This document shows, one piece after another, positions 7,591-16,613 of a DNA stretch of 16,655 bases. Below the pieces are notes generated by a model. It ran no database searches, was not told where the DNA came from, and saw only the letters and a program-made list of their open reading frames with translations. How positions within the stretch are numbered: the first letter of the stretch is position 1; each line of letters begins with the position of its first letter. The position numbers were made by a program, and so were the translations under genes. This DNA is from Candidatus Hydrogenedentota bacterium (GTDB lineage: Bacteria > Hydrogenedentota > Hydrogenedentia > Hydrogenedentales > GCA-2746185): assembly GCA_046583315.1 (NCBI GenBank), contig JAYGCN010000344.1, positions 1 to 16,655 on the forward strand, read 5' to 3'.

Positions 7591-9297
7591 TTAGTCCACT
7601 CCGACCTCGTACCAAGCTATGCTACTATAGCCGCCGGCAAGACCTGCACCAATCATCCGCATCTCGTCATTCCATTGGTCGTCCAGGCCCGGGGTATGCA
7701 CGAACCGCGTATCCCCTTTTACCTTAAAACGATCTCCAGAGACTCCGCCGATGAAGCTGGTCGGATCCCCCTTTTCTTCAATTTCGATGAGATCCTGGCA
7801 GTAGAACGCCCCGTAAAGATCTGAACGTGTTTTATCTTTGTCGAGATCAAACGTCATTTTGTAGCTGGACATGAGTCCCAAAAGATTCTCGTTTGGAAAA
7901 CCACCTTCTTGAAACTGGGGGTTGTCCTTATCGAAGTCCGTGATGGTTCTCGGGATGAGGCTGGATTTTATGGTCATTTGGACGCTGCCTTCGTAGTCGG
8001 ACTTGTCCAACGTCATGATACTTCCTTTTCCATGATAGTTGATGTCAATCAATTCAGTTTCAAAATCACCTTCGATAGGAATACGACCGTTTATGACCAT
8101 CTGTTGTTCGTCAGCATCCCACCATATAAACGAATCACCGCTGGCGATCAACGATTCTAGATCATCGTAATCGGGCATACCGCTACTGCCAAGGCTCTCG
8201 TCTTCCTTCGTCGTGTCTGTGGTGGCATTAAAATAGAAGTTCTTGTCTTCGATCTTGATGTTGTCAATCGTATTGTGATCTTCCAAGTAATAGTCCATGT
8301 GATCTCGACCGCCATCGTCGGCATAGGTAGGGAAATTCATAACGACACCGAGCTCGGTTTCGTAATCTTCTTCATAACCGTTGTCACTGAAGATGGATAC
8401 TCCGTTCGTGACGTTCCCGTTAAAGTTATCACCAGCATAGATGCCATCGAGCGTGTCCTTTGCATTGTTCGCAGTGACATCTTGCCCTATCCAGGCATGA
8501 GAACCGCCACTGCTGATGTGGACCGCGCCATTCTTCACGCGGAGGGTCGCATCCAGTGTGGCGTCACCATCGTTATTCTGCGCGAGAGTTGGAATATTGT
8601 TTGTGATGGACGTGGGAAGACCATCGTAGCTATTTCGGATATAGCTATTTTTGGTCAAATTGATTGAAGTGTCATGATCATTAAGGTCGTCTCCAAGAAT
8701 GTGAACCGGTCCGTAAATCTGGGTTTCATCGGACCCTTTGGTGATATAAAAAATGGTTTGCTGCTCATCCCGTTTACCGGGTCCGCCGAAGATGGCATTA
8801 TCCCAGATGCTGGTACCACCAGCGACAGAAAATACGCCTACACCCGTCCGGAGATTCCCGGCCAGCCGGGCCGCCACGTGAATGCTCACAGTAGAGCCTT
8901 CTGCAGAACCATCAACGGTTCCATTGCTGAGATTGTCGATCCCGTCGCTTCCCCATCGTTGAACATAAGCGAAGTATTCAACATTGGTGTTCGGAAGAAC
9001 AAGCGGGGTAACTTCGGCATCGTCAAAGGTTGGGATGGTGTCCCCTCCTGAATACGAAGGGTCTACTCCCACCCAGCCGTCTTCGCTGTTCGCCAATTCT
9101 TCGAGGCTACGCGCCATGGCGGCTTCGAGGCCGTTGTAGGTCTCCTTGAAATCAGTATAGCGGGTAACCTGCTTGCTGTGATTGATGGTACGAACTGCGA
9201 GAGCACTCATGAAGAGTACCGCGATGATCAACACAATTAGTGTGGTAATGAGAGCCATACCAGCATCTTTTTGGATTCTTACTTCAATAATCTTCAT
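7591..9297 (-). CDS. PilX/GspK-like minor pilin with large Asp-rich C-terminal domain (568 aa)
   Basis: N-terminus QKDAG|MALITTLIVLIIAVLFMSAL is a class III-like signal lacking Glu+5, the PilX/GspK hallmark. It is followed by 'NGLEAAMARSL' (cf. A..aAEAG), ends in 'IAWYEV', and is third in the pilin gene run. Confidence 0.75.
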   Translation of the reverse strand: MKIIEVRIQKDAGMALITTLIVLIIAVLFMSALAVRTINHSKQVTRYTDFKETYNGLEAAMARSLEELANSEDGWVGVDPSYSGGDTIPTFDDAEVTPLVLPNTNVEYFAYVQRWGSDGIDNLSNGTVDGSAEGSTVSIHVAARLAGNLRTGVGVFSVAGGTSIWDNAIFGGPGKRDEQQTIFYITKGSDETQIYGPVHILGDDLNDHDTSINLTKNSYIRNSYDGLPTSITNNIPTLAQNNDGDATLDATLRVKNGAVHISSGGSHAWIGQDVTANNAKDTLDGIYAGDNFNGNVTNGVSIFSDNGYEEDYETELGVVMNFPTYADDGGRDHMDYYLEDHNTIDNIKIEDKNFYFNATTDTTKEDESLGSSGMPDYDDLESLIASGDSFIWWDADEQQMVINGRIPIEGDFETELIDINYHGKGSIMTLDKSDYEGSVQMTIKSSLIPRTITDFDKDNPQFQEGGFPNENLLGLMSSYKMTFDLDKDKTRSDLYGAFYCQDLIEIEEKGDPTSFIGGVSGDRFKVKGDTRFVHTPGLDDQWNDEMRMIGAGLAGGYSSIAWYEVGVD

Positions 9298-9337
9298 TGG
9301 ACAATACTCCCGTATACTGTTGTCACTGGTTCGAACC

Positions 9338-9943
9338 TTAATTCCGAGGGGTTACCGTTTCAGTAAGTGTAGTTTCTATCACGTTGCCTTGATCCCCTGG
9401 CCCGGTCATATCTTGAGCAGTGATGTCGATCATCACACCCGCATTTCCCGTTAGGGTAAATGTAATGCCTCCGCCGCCGAATGGCAGGTTATTGGCCAAT
9501 ACCTTGGGTGTACCTCCAACTTCCGTTCGAATCAATTGGGTGGTCGTAAGACCGTCATTGTTTGCGTCGTTGGTGTCAACGGACAGCGTTCGAAGAGGGC
9601 TATACTCTGGATTTCCTGAGCCATCCAAAGGCCAACCGTTTCCGTTGACATCTTTCGTGATTACATACTGCAGTACCGTTCCGCCGTTAGAAACTGCGAG
9701 ACTGGAGGCGCGCGCCTGGCGAAGTTCCCGGATAATTATCATCACCGCATTACGAGAGTTATCCTGGGTCAGAATTCTAGATTCGGAAATACGCATCGAA
9801 CGATTCGCGGAGATCATCGCTGTAATGAGCAAGCCGGACAACACGCTCAGAATAGCGACTACAACCATAAGCTCTATGACTGTAAAGCCGGAGGAGGAGC
9901 ATGTTCTTGAGGTATTCTCTTGAGTGTTTTTGGTGTTGTTCAT
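9338..9943 (-). CDS. Prepilin-type N-terminal cleavage/methylation protein (PilW-like minor pilin)
   Basis: SSG|FTVIELMVVVAILSVL prepilin motif; 'IIRELRQA' helix typical of PilW/GspJ-like proteins; DVNGNG and DANNDG loops. Confidence 0.88.
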   Translation of the reverse strand: MNNTKNTQENTSRTCSSSGFTVIELMVVVAILSVLSGLLITAMISANRSMRISESRILTQDNSRNAVMIIIRELRQARASSLAVSNGGTVLQYVITKDVNGNGWPLDGSGNPEYSPLRTLSVDTNDANNDGLTTTQLIRTEVGGTPKVLANNLPFGGGGITFTLTGNAGVMIDITAQDMTGPGDQGNVIETTLTETVTPRN

Positions 9944-9949
9944 TTTACA

Positions 9950-10393
9950 TTATCTCCGCGCCACTGCTGAAGAAACCGTGGTTACTTCGCGCCCGGAGGT
10001 GTACGTAGACGTCATAGTGATCGATACTATAACTGGATTTGGTAACACAACGCCATCTTCGAGCGGCGGGGTTACCGAATCTCCATTCTCGTCAATAAAT
10101 GCAATAGCAACATCCACGTCTGGCCCTCCAACGAATGCGGGAGGCACGTAAGTAGTCAATCCTGCGATATCCGCTTGATATATTTCATCCATAATAGTTG
10201 CAGAATGAGTCTGCACCTGGGTTCGCTGATCCGCAGAGCTTCTGAGGGAGTTTATCGCGACGAACGATTGCAGTACCGCAACAATGCCCACAACGAGCAC
10301 CATGATGGCGATCATTAACTCAATAATCGTAAATCCCGCCTCCGCTGTATTTACAGTTGACGCTGAACGACGAATATGTTGATTCTGAACCAT
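9950..10393 (-). CDS. Prepilin-type N-terminal cleavage/methylation protein (PilV-like minor pilin)
   Basis: EAG|FTIIELMIAIMVLVVGIVAV prepilin motif. Start moved from TTG 10453 to ATG 10393, which has GGAG upstream; 147 aa; 6-nt gap to the next gene. Confidence 0.88.
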   Translation of the reverse strand: MVQNQHIRRSASTVNTAEAGFTIIELMIAIMVLVVGIVAVLQSFVAINSLRSSADQRTQVQTHSATIMDEIYQADIAGLTTYVPPAFVGGPDVDVAIAFIDENGDSVTPPLEDGVVLPNPVIVSITMTSTYTSGREVTTVSSAVARR

Positions 10394-10817
10394 TTCCAGA
10401 TACTCCAAATGTATTCTCGAAGAAATTGTAACACAAAATTTCAATAATTCCAATTATGGAAAACTTCTTTTTAGCATAATTAGGCTTTTTCTTGGCAGGC
10501 ATAAACGTAGTGTTTTGCGCGGATCTATAATGGGTAATTTCGTGCTTGTTGGAACTAGACAATCCGATGCGTCGAGGGTCCAGCGCGATTGAGCAACGGC
10601 TCGGTTGCTTGCAGGAACTCGAACCGGAATGGTTGTGGTCGCTTCGATACTTCCACATTTCTCTCCGTCTCGCTTGTCATCCTTGTGTGGCTGGTTCAGG
10701 TTAGCGTATTGTGCGCTGGAATTTGTACAAATGACGCACAGTCTGAGCCAACAAGTATGCATTGGCTATGCATTGGCGTGCGGTTGTGTATAGCCGAGTC
10801 ACCTACGCGGGGAAATC

Positions 10818-11795
10818 ATGAGCGACACCATTCGCAAAAGAGCTTATCTGGGACTGTTGTTTGTCGGCATGGCGTGGGCGATAGGTCCGGTGACTATACG
10901 GCTGCTGCGTAACGATTATGATGTGTATACGCTCGCGTTGGCCCGGTACATTGCGGCGGTAATTCCACTGATCATTTACTCGATGATCTTTCACCGCGAT
11001 GGATTGAAAACCGCGCTCAAACTGTCCAAGAATCTTTTGCCACTGGCGGTGATGAATATTCTGATGCTGCTCACGTGGACCTTTGCGTGTTACGTTACGC
11101 CAGCGGTGACAGCGCAACTTATCGTAAAAATCAGTGTCATCTTCGTGGTCATGTTGAGTTTCGTCCTTTTCCATGAAGAGCGACGTGTGATTCGTGACCC
11201 CGGATACCTGCTGGGGACACTCGTCAGTTTCGTCGGATTAACCATCGTGCTCACGGGTGGCACATTCTCGCTCGCGCTGGCGGTATCCGCATCATCACTG
11301 TTGCTGATTCTGACTGCGCTCATTTGGGCAGGATACGCCGTGTGGATGAAACACCTTGTCACGAACATTCATCCAGTTCCGCTGGTCACCGTGCTCGCCT
11401 TCTATACAACGATTGGTCTGGCGATAACGGCTGCGGCGATGGGCGATATCACGACACTGGTCCCCACAGATTTTCGAATCGGATTGATCGCGTTCATCTC
11501 CGGTTTCGTGCCGATTGCAATGGCGCACCCGGTGTATCACTTTGCGCAGAAGCATCTGGGGTCGGCGGTGTGTTCGAGTTGGACGCTGCTCAATCCGCTT
11601 TTCACGTTTCTGGCATCGCTGGCGTTACTACCGAACGAGAGGCTCGGAGCGATCGAATTGCTTGGCGGATGCGTGCTGCTCTCGGGCACATTGTGTGTGA
11701 CGATTTCGTCGAATCGCGCGCATAAATCCGATGACTCGGCGTCCGAAGCAAGTGTGCAAAATCTTAGTCCCGCTCCCGCGAAATCAAACACGTGA
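10818..11795 (+). CDS. DMT/EamA family transporter
   Basis: 325 aa with about 10 hydrophobic spans in two repeats; EamA-like motifs AMAW..., LALARY, 'FVLFHE', 'LLNPLFTFLASLALLPNERL..IELLGGCVLLSG'. Confidence 0.9.
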   Translation: MSDTIRKRAYLGLLFVGMAWAIGPVTIRLLRNDYDVYTLALARYIAAVIPLIIYSMIFHRDGLKTALKLSKNLLPLAVMNILMLLTWTFACYVTPAVTAQLIVKISVIFVVMLSFVLFHEERRVIRDPGYLLGTLVSFVGLTIVLTGGTFSLALAVSASSLLLILTALIWAGYAVWMKHLVTNIHPVPLVTVLAFYTTIGLAITAAAMGDITTLVPTDFRIGLIAFISGFVPIAMAHPVYHFAQKHLGSAVCSSWTLLNPLFTFLASLALLPNERLGAIELLGGCVLLSGTLCVTISSNRAHKSDDSASEASVQNLSPAPAKSNT

Positions 11796-11815
11796 TTCGA
11801 CGTTCATCTTTTCGA

Positions 11816-12154
11816 TCAGGACAACGGCTTGCACCGAATCAGCAGGGACTTTGTGATGGCTTCTTCGCGCAGATGGGTGACGGCATTGTAGTCGGGGTCT
11901 TTGAGAAACTCGCGAAACACTTTCCAGCTCGACCACCACACGAAGAACATCAAGTCGGCGTCAAACTCACCGAAAAGGGCATGCTCGGGCACGCAGACGT
12001 CCATCGCCTTACTCCCGTATTTTTCGGTAAAGGGTTTGGTCGCTTCGAGGTACTCGCCGTATTTCTTTTTACCGCCATCGGGTTTGTACCAGAGGGCGTT
12101 CAGCATCAGGAATGGTTCGTCATCGGGCAGGTCGGGTGAGAAATCAGGATCCAT
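11816..12154 (-). CDS. DUF1330-like dimeric alpha+beta barrel protein
   Basis: Pattern 'PFLMLNALWYK..G.KKYGEY......KYG....W.S...F.EF..DPDY.....LREEAI'. Likely start ATG 12154 with GAAAGGA RBS, overlapping the upstream gene by 11 nt. Confidence 0.75.
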   Translation of the reverse strand: MDPDFSPDLPDDEPFLMLNALWYKPDGGKKKYGEYLEATKPFTEKYGSKAMDVCVPEHALFGEFDADLMFFVWWSSWKVFREFLKDPDYNAVTHLREEAITKSLLIRCKPLS

Positions 12155-12953
12155 TGGGATATATCCTTTCGAAAATCTCTTTGTTGAGTGATTCGCGGGC
12201 GTCTTCAATGAACTCCGGCACTGAATTGTTCTTACGCCCAGAGCTCACTTCCAGCATCAGGGCTCCACGGTACGTTTGTGTGGGGAACGATTGCAAGATG
12301 TCGGCATAGTCAATTGACCCCGCACCGGGCAGCCAGTGACGGTCGAGTTTTCCATCGGTGTCCGCGAGATGTGTGGATGCGAGACGTGCGCCGTGGTCGC
12401 GTAGTAACTTTCCGGGATCATTAGAATACAGGACATCGTGCGAGATGTCGTAACAGAAGCCCAGCGAACTAGAATCGATTTGATTGAAAAGCGCATCAAT
12501 GTGATCGTTCACGCGCGTATTCTCTATGGCAACAACGACCCCTTGCTCTTCGGCATGGCGTACGAGTGTCTCATAGGATGCGATGCCAATTTGATTTACA
12601 GCAGGCGGTTGCTTTCCTAAGGTCACGTGCATGACCATGATTCGGACTTCGTGTCGATTGCAATCGTCAATCCATTCGAGGTGTTGATTGAGGGAAGCAT
12701 CGCGCGCGACGTCGTCATCTGACCAAAGATGATTGCAATCGCTGTAGGGGACATGGATGCTTTCGAGGTCAAGTCCTACGCCTTTGATCATCGCCGGCGC
12801 GAGATATTTGAGTTTCCGTATGCGCTCGTTTTTGTGCTCCCACCACATGGAGGTTGCTTCGAAACCTATCTCGGCTATCTTCGCGAGACGCTCCTCAAAA
12901 GGAACGTGGAAACCAAAGGCCGCATACATACCTGAGCGGGGTCTGGTTTCCAC
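12144..12953 (-). CDS. Sugar phosphate isomerase/epimerase-like TIM-barrel protein (xylose isomerase-like/AP endonuclease 2 fold)
   Basis: Metal-binding motifs SIHVPY, MVMHV, VAIENT, FCYDISH, THLADTDG..DRHWLPG.G.ID, LMLEV. GTG start with AGGA RBS. Confidence 0.88.
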   Translation of the reverse strand: METRPRSGMYAAFGFHVPFEERLAKIAEIGFEATSMWWEHKNERIRKLKYLAPAMIKGVGLDLESIHVPYSDCNHLWSDDDVARDASLNQHLEWIDDCNRHEVRIMVMHVTLGKQPPAVNQIGIASYETLVRHAEEQGVVVAIENTRVNDHIDALFNQIDSSSLGFCYDISHDVLYSNDPGKLLRDHGARLASTHLADTDGKLDRHWLPGAGSIDYADILQSFPTQTYRGALMLEVSSGRKNNSVPEFIEDARESLNKEIFERIYPNGS

Positions 12954-12986
12954 GAGATGTTCCTGATTGGTGATTTTGAGTATTCG

Positions 12987-13505
12987 TTATTGAAGCCAGG
13001 ACAGTGGCGGTTCGATTTCGTCGACTTCTTCGTCGGCCGCAAACTTCGCGTGACACTCGTTGCAGTTTTCCATAACGATGGTGAATTTTTCTTTCAGGAT
13101 GGCATAATCGGGACGTTCACGAACCGCTTCCGCAAATTCGACAAGTTGGTCTCGGGCTTTTGCGGAGAAAGCAATCCACTCCTCGTTGTCCGTGTAATCT
13201 TCGCCCGTGCGCGAGAAGTTCAAGTTGTTGAGCTCGGCCAAGCTAAACGCGGCGATATACAGCGAACGCCAGTCCTTGCGTTTTTCCGGCGCTGTCTCAA
13301 TCGCATCCTTGAGATCTTCATAAACAGGATCAACCATGAGCTTCATTAACTCAGACGTATCCAGAATCTGTTCGGGACCCGCAGTCTCTTCAGCAGCACT
13401 CGCCACTGTCGAGGGCAAATTCGACGTCTTTGAAATGGAAATGTTGTATCCAGCCACACAGACCACAGCTGCGGAGATGGCCACCGCTATTTTTGTTCGG
13501 TTCAT
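12987..13505 (-). CDS. Exported monoheme c-type cytochrome, cytochrome c'-like (class II, helical)
   Basis: Single CxxCH (CNECH) near the C-terminus of a helical protein; N-terminal signal MNRTKIAVAISAAVVCVAG. Start moved to ATG 13505, which has a GAAGGAG RBS. Confidence 0.8.
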   Translation of the reverse strand: MNRTKIAVAISAAVVCVAGYNISISKTSNLPSTVASAAEETAGPEQILDTSELMKLMVDPVYEDLKDAIETAPEKRKDWRSLYIAAFSLAELNNLNFSRTGEDYTDNEEWIAFSAKARDQLVEFAEAVRERPDYAILKEKFTIVMENCNECHAKFAADEEVDEIEPPLSWLQ

Positions 13506-13633
13506 GTCTCGTACTCCTTCGAAAAATTGAACGCTCATAATACCGTTTCCGCAGGAATGTTGTCCACTCCATTGGCTTGTTTCCTTCGATTCGGACCAGT
13601 ATCATGATGCCAGCCAAAGAGGAACCCGTCATA

Positions 13634-14047
13634 ATGAGTAAACGATTCCCACTACTGGTTTTAACACTGGATGCCCTGGTGTTTTTGACGACCGGACTCG
13701 TCTTTTTATTCACGCCGATGCGATTATTGAGTCACTTGGGCATCAATTCTCTGCCCCCCGAGGCCCTCACCGACATCCGCGCGGTCTACGGAGGCATTGA
13801 ACTGGGAATCGCAGCGTACCTCTTCTCGCGCATACTCCGGCTCAAAAATCTCCATGAACCGTTATTGCTCTGCACGCTAATCATGAGTGCCATGGTCGTC
13901 ACACGCATCTACGGAATTCTCGTGGATGGCTCTGCGGTGCGCATCACTATCGTCCTGCTCACGATGGAAGTTATCGGCACGATTCTATCGGGTGCGGCGT
14001 GGTGGCAAGCAGTGAAGAACAAGAAAGCGGCTACGTCCAAAAAATAG
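13634..14047 (+). CDS. DUF4345-like four-helix membrane protein
   Basis: Four hydrophobic spans; 'DIRAVYGGIELG' and 'RIYGILVDG' motifs. Likely start ATG 13634 with AGAGGA RBS. Confidence 0.8.
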   Translation: MSKRFPLLVLTLDALVFLTTGLVFLFTPMRLLSHLGINSLPPEALTDIRAVYGGIELGIAAYLFSRILRLKNLHEPLLLCTLIMSAMVVTRIYGILVDGSAVRITIVLLTMEVIGTILSGAAWWQAVKNKKAATSKK

Positions 14048-14072
14048 ACGCAGCCGCTACAGTTTCTTCTTG

Positions 14073-14136
14073 AGGATACGAAGTATCCGTCGGTCATTCT
14101 TTTGGTTCTTTTCTATCTTCCCAGAAAGAAAAGAAC
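14073..14136 (-). repeat. Dispersed hairpin/mirror-repeat element, copy C; may double as terminator between convergent genes
   Basis: Minus strand: GTTCTTTTCT-TTCTGGGAAGAT-AGAAAAGAAC-CAAAAGAATG-ACCGACGGATACTTCGTATCCT. It begins at the last base of the aconitase stop codon. Confidence 0.7.
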
Positions 14137-16400
14137 TAGGTGTTTTGTTTGATTAGGTTTAGTGCGCTACCGGCTTTGAACCATTCGATCTGGCCATCGT
14201 TGTAGGTGTGGTTGACCTGGATGGAATCGCTTGAGCGGTCCGCGTGGTTCAGGACGACGGTGAGCTGTTTGCCGGGCGCGAATTCTGTGAGGCCGACGAT
14301 ATCGATGCTGTCGTCTTCTTGTACTTTGGTATAGTCCGACGGATCAGCGAAAGTAAGGCCGAGCATTCCCTGTTTCTTCAGATTGGTCTCATGGATACGT
14401 GCAAAGCTTTTCACGAGTACGGCACGCACACCGAGGTGACGCGGCTGCATGGCGGCGTGTTCACGGGAAGAGCCTTCGCCATAGTTGTCATCTCCGACAA
14501 CGATAGAGCCAACGCCTGCGGCTTTGTAGGCACGCTGTACGTCGGGGAATGTTCCGTATTCACCTGTCAACTGGTTCTTGACGCTGTTGACTTCGCCGTT
14601 GAATTCGTTGACCGCACCAGTAAGTGTGTTGTTCGAAATATTGTCGAGATGTCCACGGTACTGCAACCAGGAGCCAGCCATCGAAATGTGGTCCGTGGTG
14701 CATTTGCCTTGGGCCTTGATGATGAGTTTCAGGCCGATAATATCGGTACCTTCCCAAGGCGTGAACGGCTCGAGCAACTGGATGCGTCTCGATTCTGGAT
14801 CCACGACAACTTCGATACCACTCCCGTCTTCGGCAGGAGCCTCGTAGCCGGGTTCATCGCAACCAAAGCCTTGCGGTGGAAGCTCCTCACCCGTTGGCGG
14901 GTCCAATTTGACCACTTCGCCGGAGTCTGTTGTAAGGGTATCGGTCATCGGATTGAATCCGAGGTCACCGGAAAGCATCAGCGCCATGACAATCTCGGGG
15001 GAGCCCACAAAGGCGTGCGTCTTGGGGTTACCGTCCGCACGTTTTGAGAAATTCCGGTTGAACGAGTGCACAATCGTGTTCTTTTCGTGCTCGTCGCCGG
15101 ATTTGTAGCGCGCCCATTGACCAATGCACGGTCCACACGCGTTGGCCAGTACCGTCGCGCCGACAGCCTCGAAGTCCGCGATAAAACCGTCACGTTCAAT
15201 CGTCTGACGCACCATTTCGGAGCCGGGGGTCACGGTAAACTCTGCTTTCGCTTTGATGCCTTTGGCTACGGCCTGACGGGCGATCGATGCCGCGCGTGCC
15301 ATGTCTTCGTAGGAGGAATTTGTGCACGAGCCGATCAATCCTACGTCCACTTTCGTCGGCCAATCATTGCTGACAGCTTCCATGCGCATGTCGGATATTT
15401 TCGTGTAACGATCTGGGGTGAAGGGGCCGTTCAGACCCGGTTCAAGCGTATCGAGATCGATTTCGATAAGTTGGTCATAGTATTTTTCCGGATCTTCAAG
15501 CACTTCGGGGTCGGAACGGAGGTGCTCGCGAATCGCGTTTGCTGCATCCGCGACATCATCGCGATCCGTGGAGCGCAAGTAGGCTTCCATCGCGTCGCCA
15601 TATTGGAAGTTCGATGTCGTCGCGCCGATTTCTGCGCCCATGTTACAAATCGTGCCTTTACCCGTGCAGGACAAATCATCCGCGCCGGGGCCGAAGTATT
15701 CAACGATCGCGTCCGTTCCGCCTTTAACGGTCAGAATTCCAGCTACCTTAAGGATGATGTCCTTGGAAGAGGTCCACCCCGAGAGTTTTCCCGTGAGCTT
15801 CACGCCGATGAGTTTTGGAAACTTCAGTTCCCAGGGCATTCCCGCCATCACGTCAACAGCGTCCGCACCACCAACACCGATCGCGACCATGCCGAGGCCG
15901 CCTGCGTTTACCGTGTGGGAATCGGTACCGATCATGAGTCCGCCGGGAAAGGCGTAGTTTTCAAGCACGACTTGGTGGATGATACCTGCACCGGCTTTCC
16001 AGAATCCGATGCCGTATTTGCTGGATACTGAACCCAGGAATTCATAGACTTCTTTGTTCACGTCGTTTGCCGTGGCTACGTCTGCCGCAGAACCGACATC
16101 AGCCTGAATGAGGTGATCAGCGTGCACAGTACTGGGAACGGCGACTTTCTTTCTACCGGCCTGCATGAACTGGAGCAGCGCCATCTGCGCGGTAGCGTCT
16201 TGCATGGCTACACGGTCAGGCGCAAAATCGACGTAGGAATCGCCGCGCGTGTAGGGCGTGTCCGGCAGGGCATCTGCGAGGTGGCTATAAAGTATTTTTT
16301 CGGTAAAGGTCATCGGACGACCAAGGAATTCACGTGCCTTCGCAATTTTTGCAGGGTACTCGGCGTAGACCTTGTTAATCATATCGATATCAAATGCCAT
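14136..16400 (-). CDS. acnA: Aconitate hydratase, mitochondrial-like type (754 aa)
   Basis: Motifs [40 protein letters not shown] (Fe-S ligands), [29 protein letters not shown]. Confidence 0.95.
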   Translation of the reverse strand: MAFDIDMINKVYAEYPAKIAKAREFLGRPMTFTEKILYSHLADALPDTPYTRGDSYVDFAPDRVAMQDATAQMALLQFMQAGRKKVAVPSTVHADHLIQADVGSAADVATANDVNKEVYEFLGSVSSKYGIGFWKAGAGIIHQVVLENYAFPGGLMIGTDSHTVNAGGLGMVAIGVGGADAVDVMAGMPWELKFPKLIGVKLTGKLSGWTSSKDIILKVAGILTVKGGTDAIVEYFGPGADDLSCTGKGTICNMGAEIGATTSNFQYGDAMEAYLRSTDRDDVADAANAIREHLRSDPEVLEDPEKYYDQLIEIDLDTLEPGLNGPFTPDRYTKISDMRMEAVSNDWPTKVDVGLIGSCTNSSYEDMARAASIARQAVAKGIKAKAEFTVTPGSEMVRQTIERDGFIADFEAVGATVLANACGPCIGQWARYKSGDEHEKNTIVHSFNRNFSKRADGNPKTHAFVGSPEIVMALMLSGDLGFNPMTDTLTTDSGEVVKLDPPTGEELPPQGFGCDEPGYEAPAEDGSGIEVVVDPESRRIQLLEPFTPWEGTDIIGLKLIIKAQGKCTTDHISMAGSWLQYRGHLDNISNNTLTGAVNEFNGEVNSVKNQLTGEYGTFPDVQRAYKAAGVGSIVVGDDNYGEGSSREHAAMQPRHLGVRAVLVKSFARIHETNLKKQGMLGLTFADPSDYTKVQEDDSIDIVGLTEFAPGKQLTVVLNHADRSSDSIQVNHTYNDGQIEWFKAGSALNLIKQNT

Positions 16401-16490
16401 AACTGTCCTCTTTTCTTACTGAAGTGTTCGACTCAGTCGGTTAACGTGACAGGGGCAGCATCGTGAAATCTGACGCTGTTAAGGACTTCA

Positions 16491-16520
16491 ATAATACTAA
16501 ATTTACGGTCGTTCAGGCAA
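16491..16520 (-). promoter_or_regulatory. Putative sigma70 promoter for aconitase
   Basis: Minus strand TTGCCT-18 nt-TATTAT, about 90 nt upstream of the ATG. Confidence 0.45.
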
Positions 16521-16583
16521 GTTTTTGGATGGTCATCGCGGGAGAATCGTCTATCACTATCGAGGCGAAATAATACGACCACC

Positions 16584-16613
16584 TTGCAACCATACGTCAT
16601 TATTCAGTATTAT
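16584..16613 (+). promoter_or_regulatory. Putative divergent sigma70 promoter for a gene beyond the window
   Basis: TTGCAA-18 nt-TATTAT on the plus strand. Confidence 0.35.

Noticed and set aside
10465..10493. Mirror repeat TTCTTTTT...TTTTTCTT upstream of the pilin genes
   Set aside because: No complementary purine arm and no conserved core, so it was not counted as a copy of the repeat element; likely just AT-rich promoter DNA.
10611..10632. GCAGGAACTCGAACCGGAATGG, loosely like the tRNA 3' end GCAGGTTCGAACCCTGCTGG and near the far edge of the pilin block (possible attR relic)
   Set aside because: Only about 15 of 22 positions match and a gap is needed; no integrase is present; compatible with chance.
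10736..10777. Two GG-N10-GC sigma54-like spacings (minus strand 10736-10751; plus strand 10762-10777)
   Set aside because: Poor match to TGGCAC-N5-TTGC outside the dinucleotides; such spacings are frequent by chance.
10320..10912. Several 60-110 aa ORFs in the pilin/EamA divergent intergenic region, and 6117-6356 upstream of the tRNA
   Set aside because: Mutually overlapping, no RBS, atypical composition; treated as non-coding.
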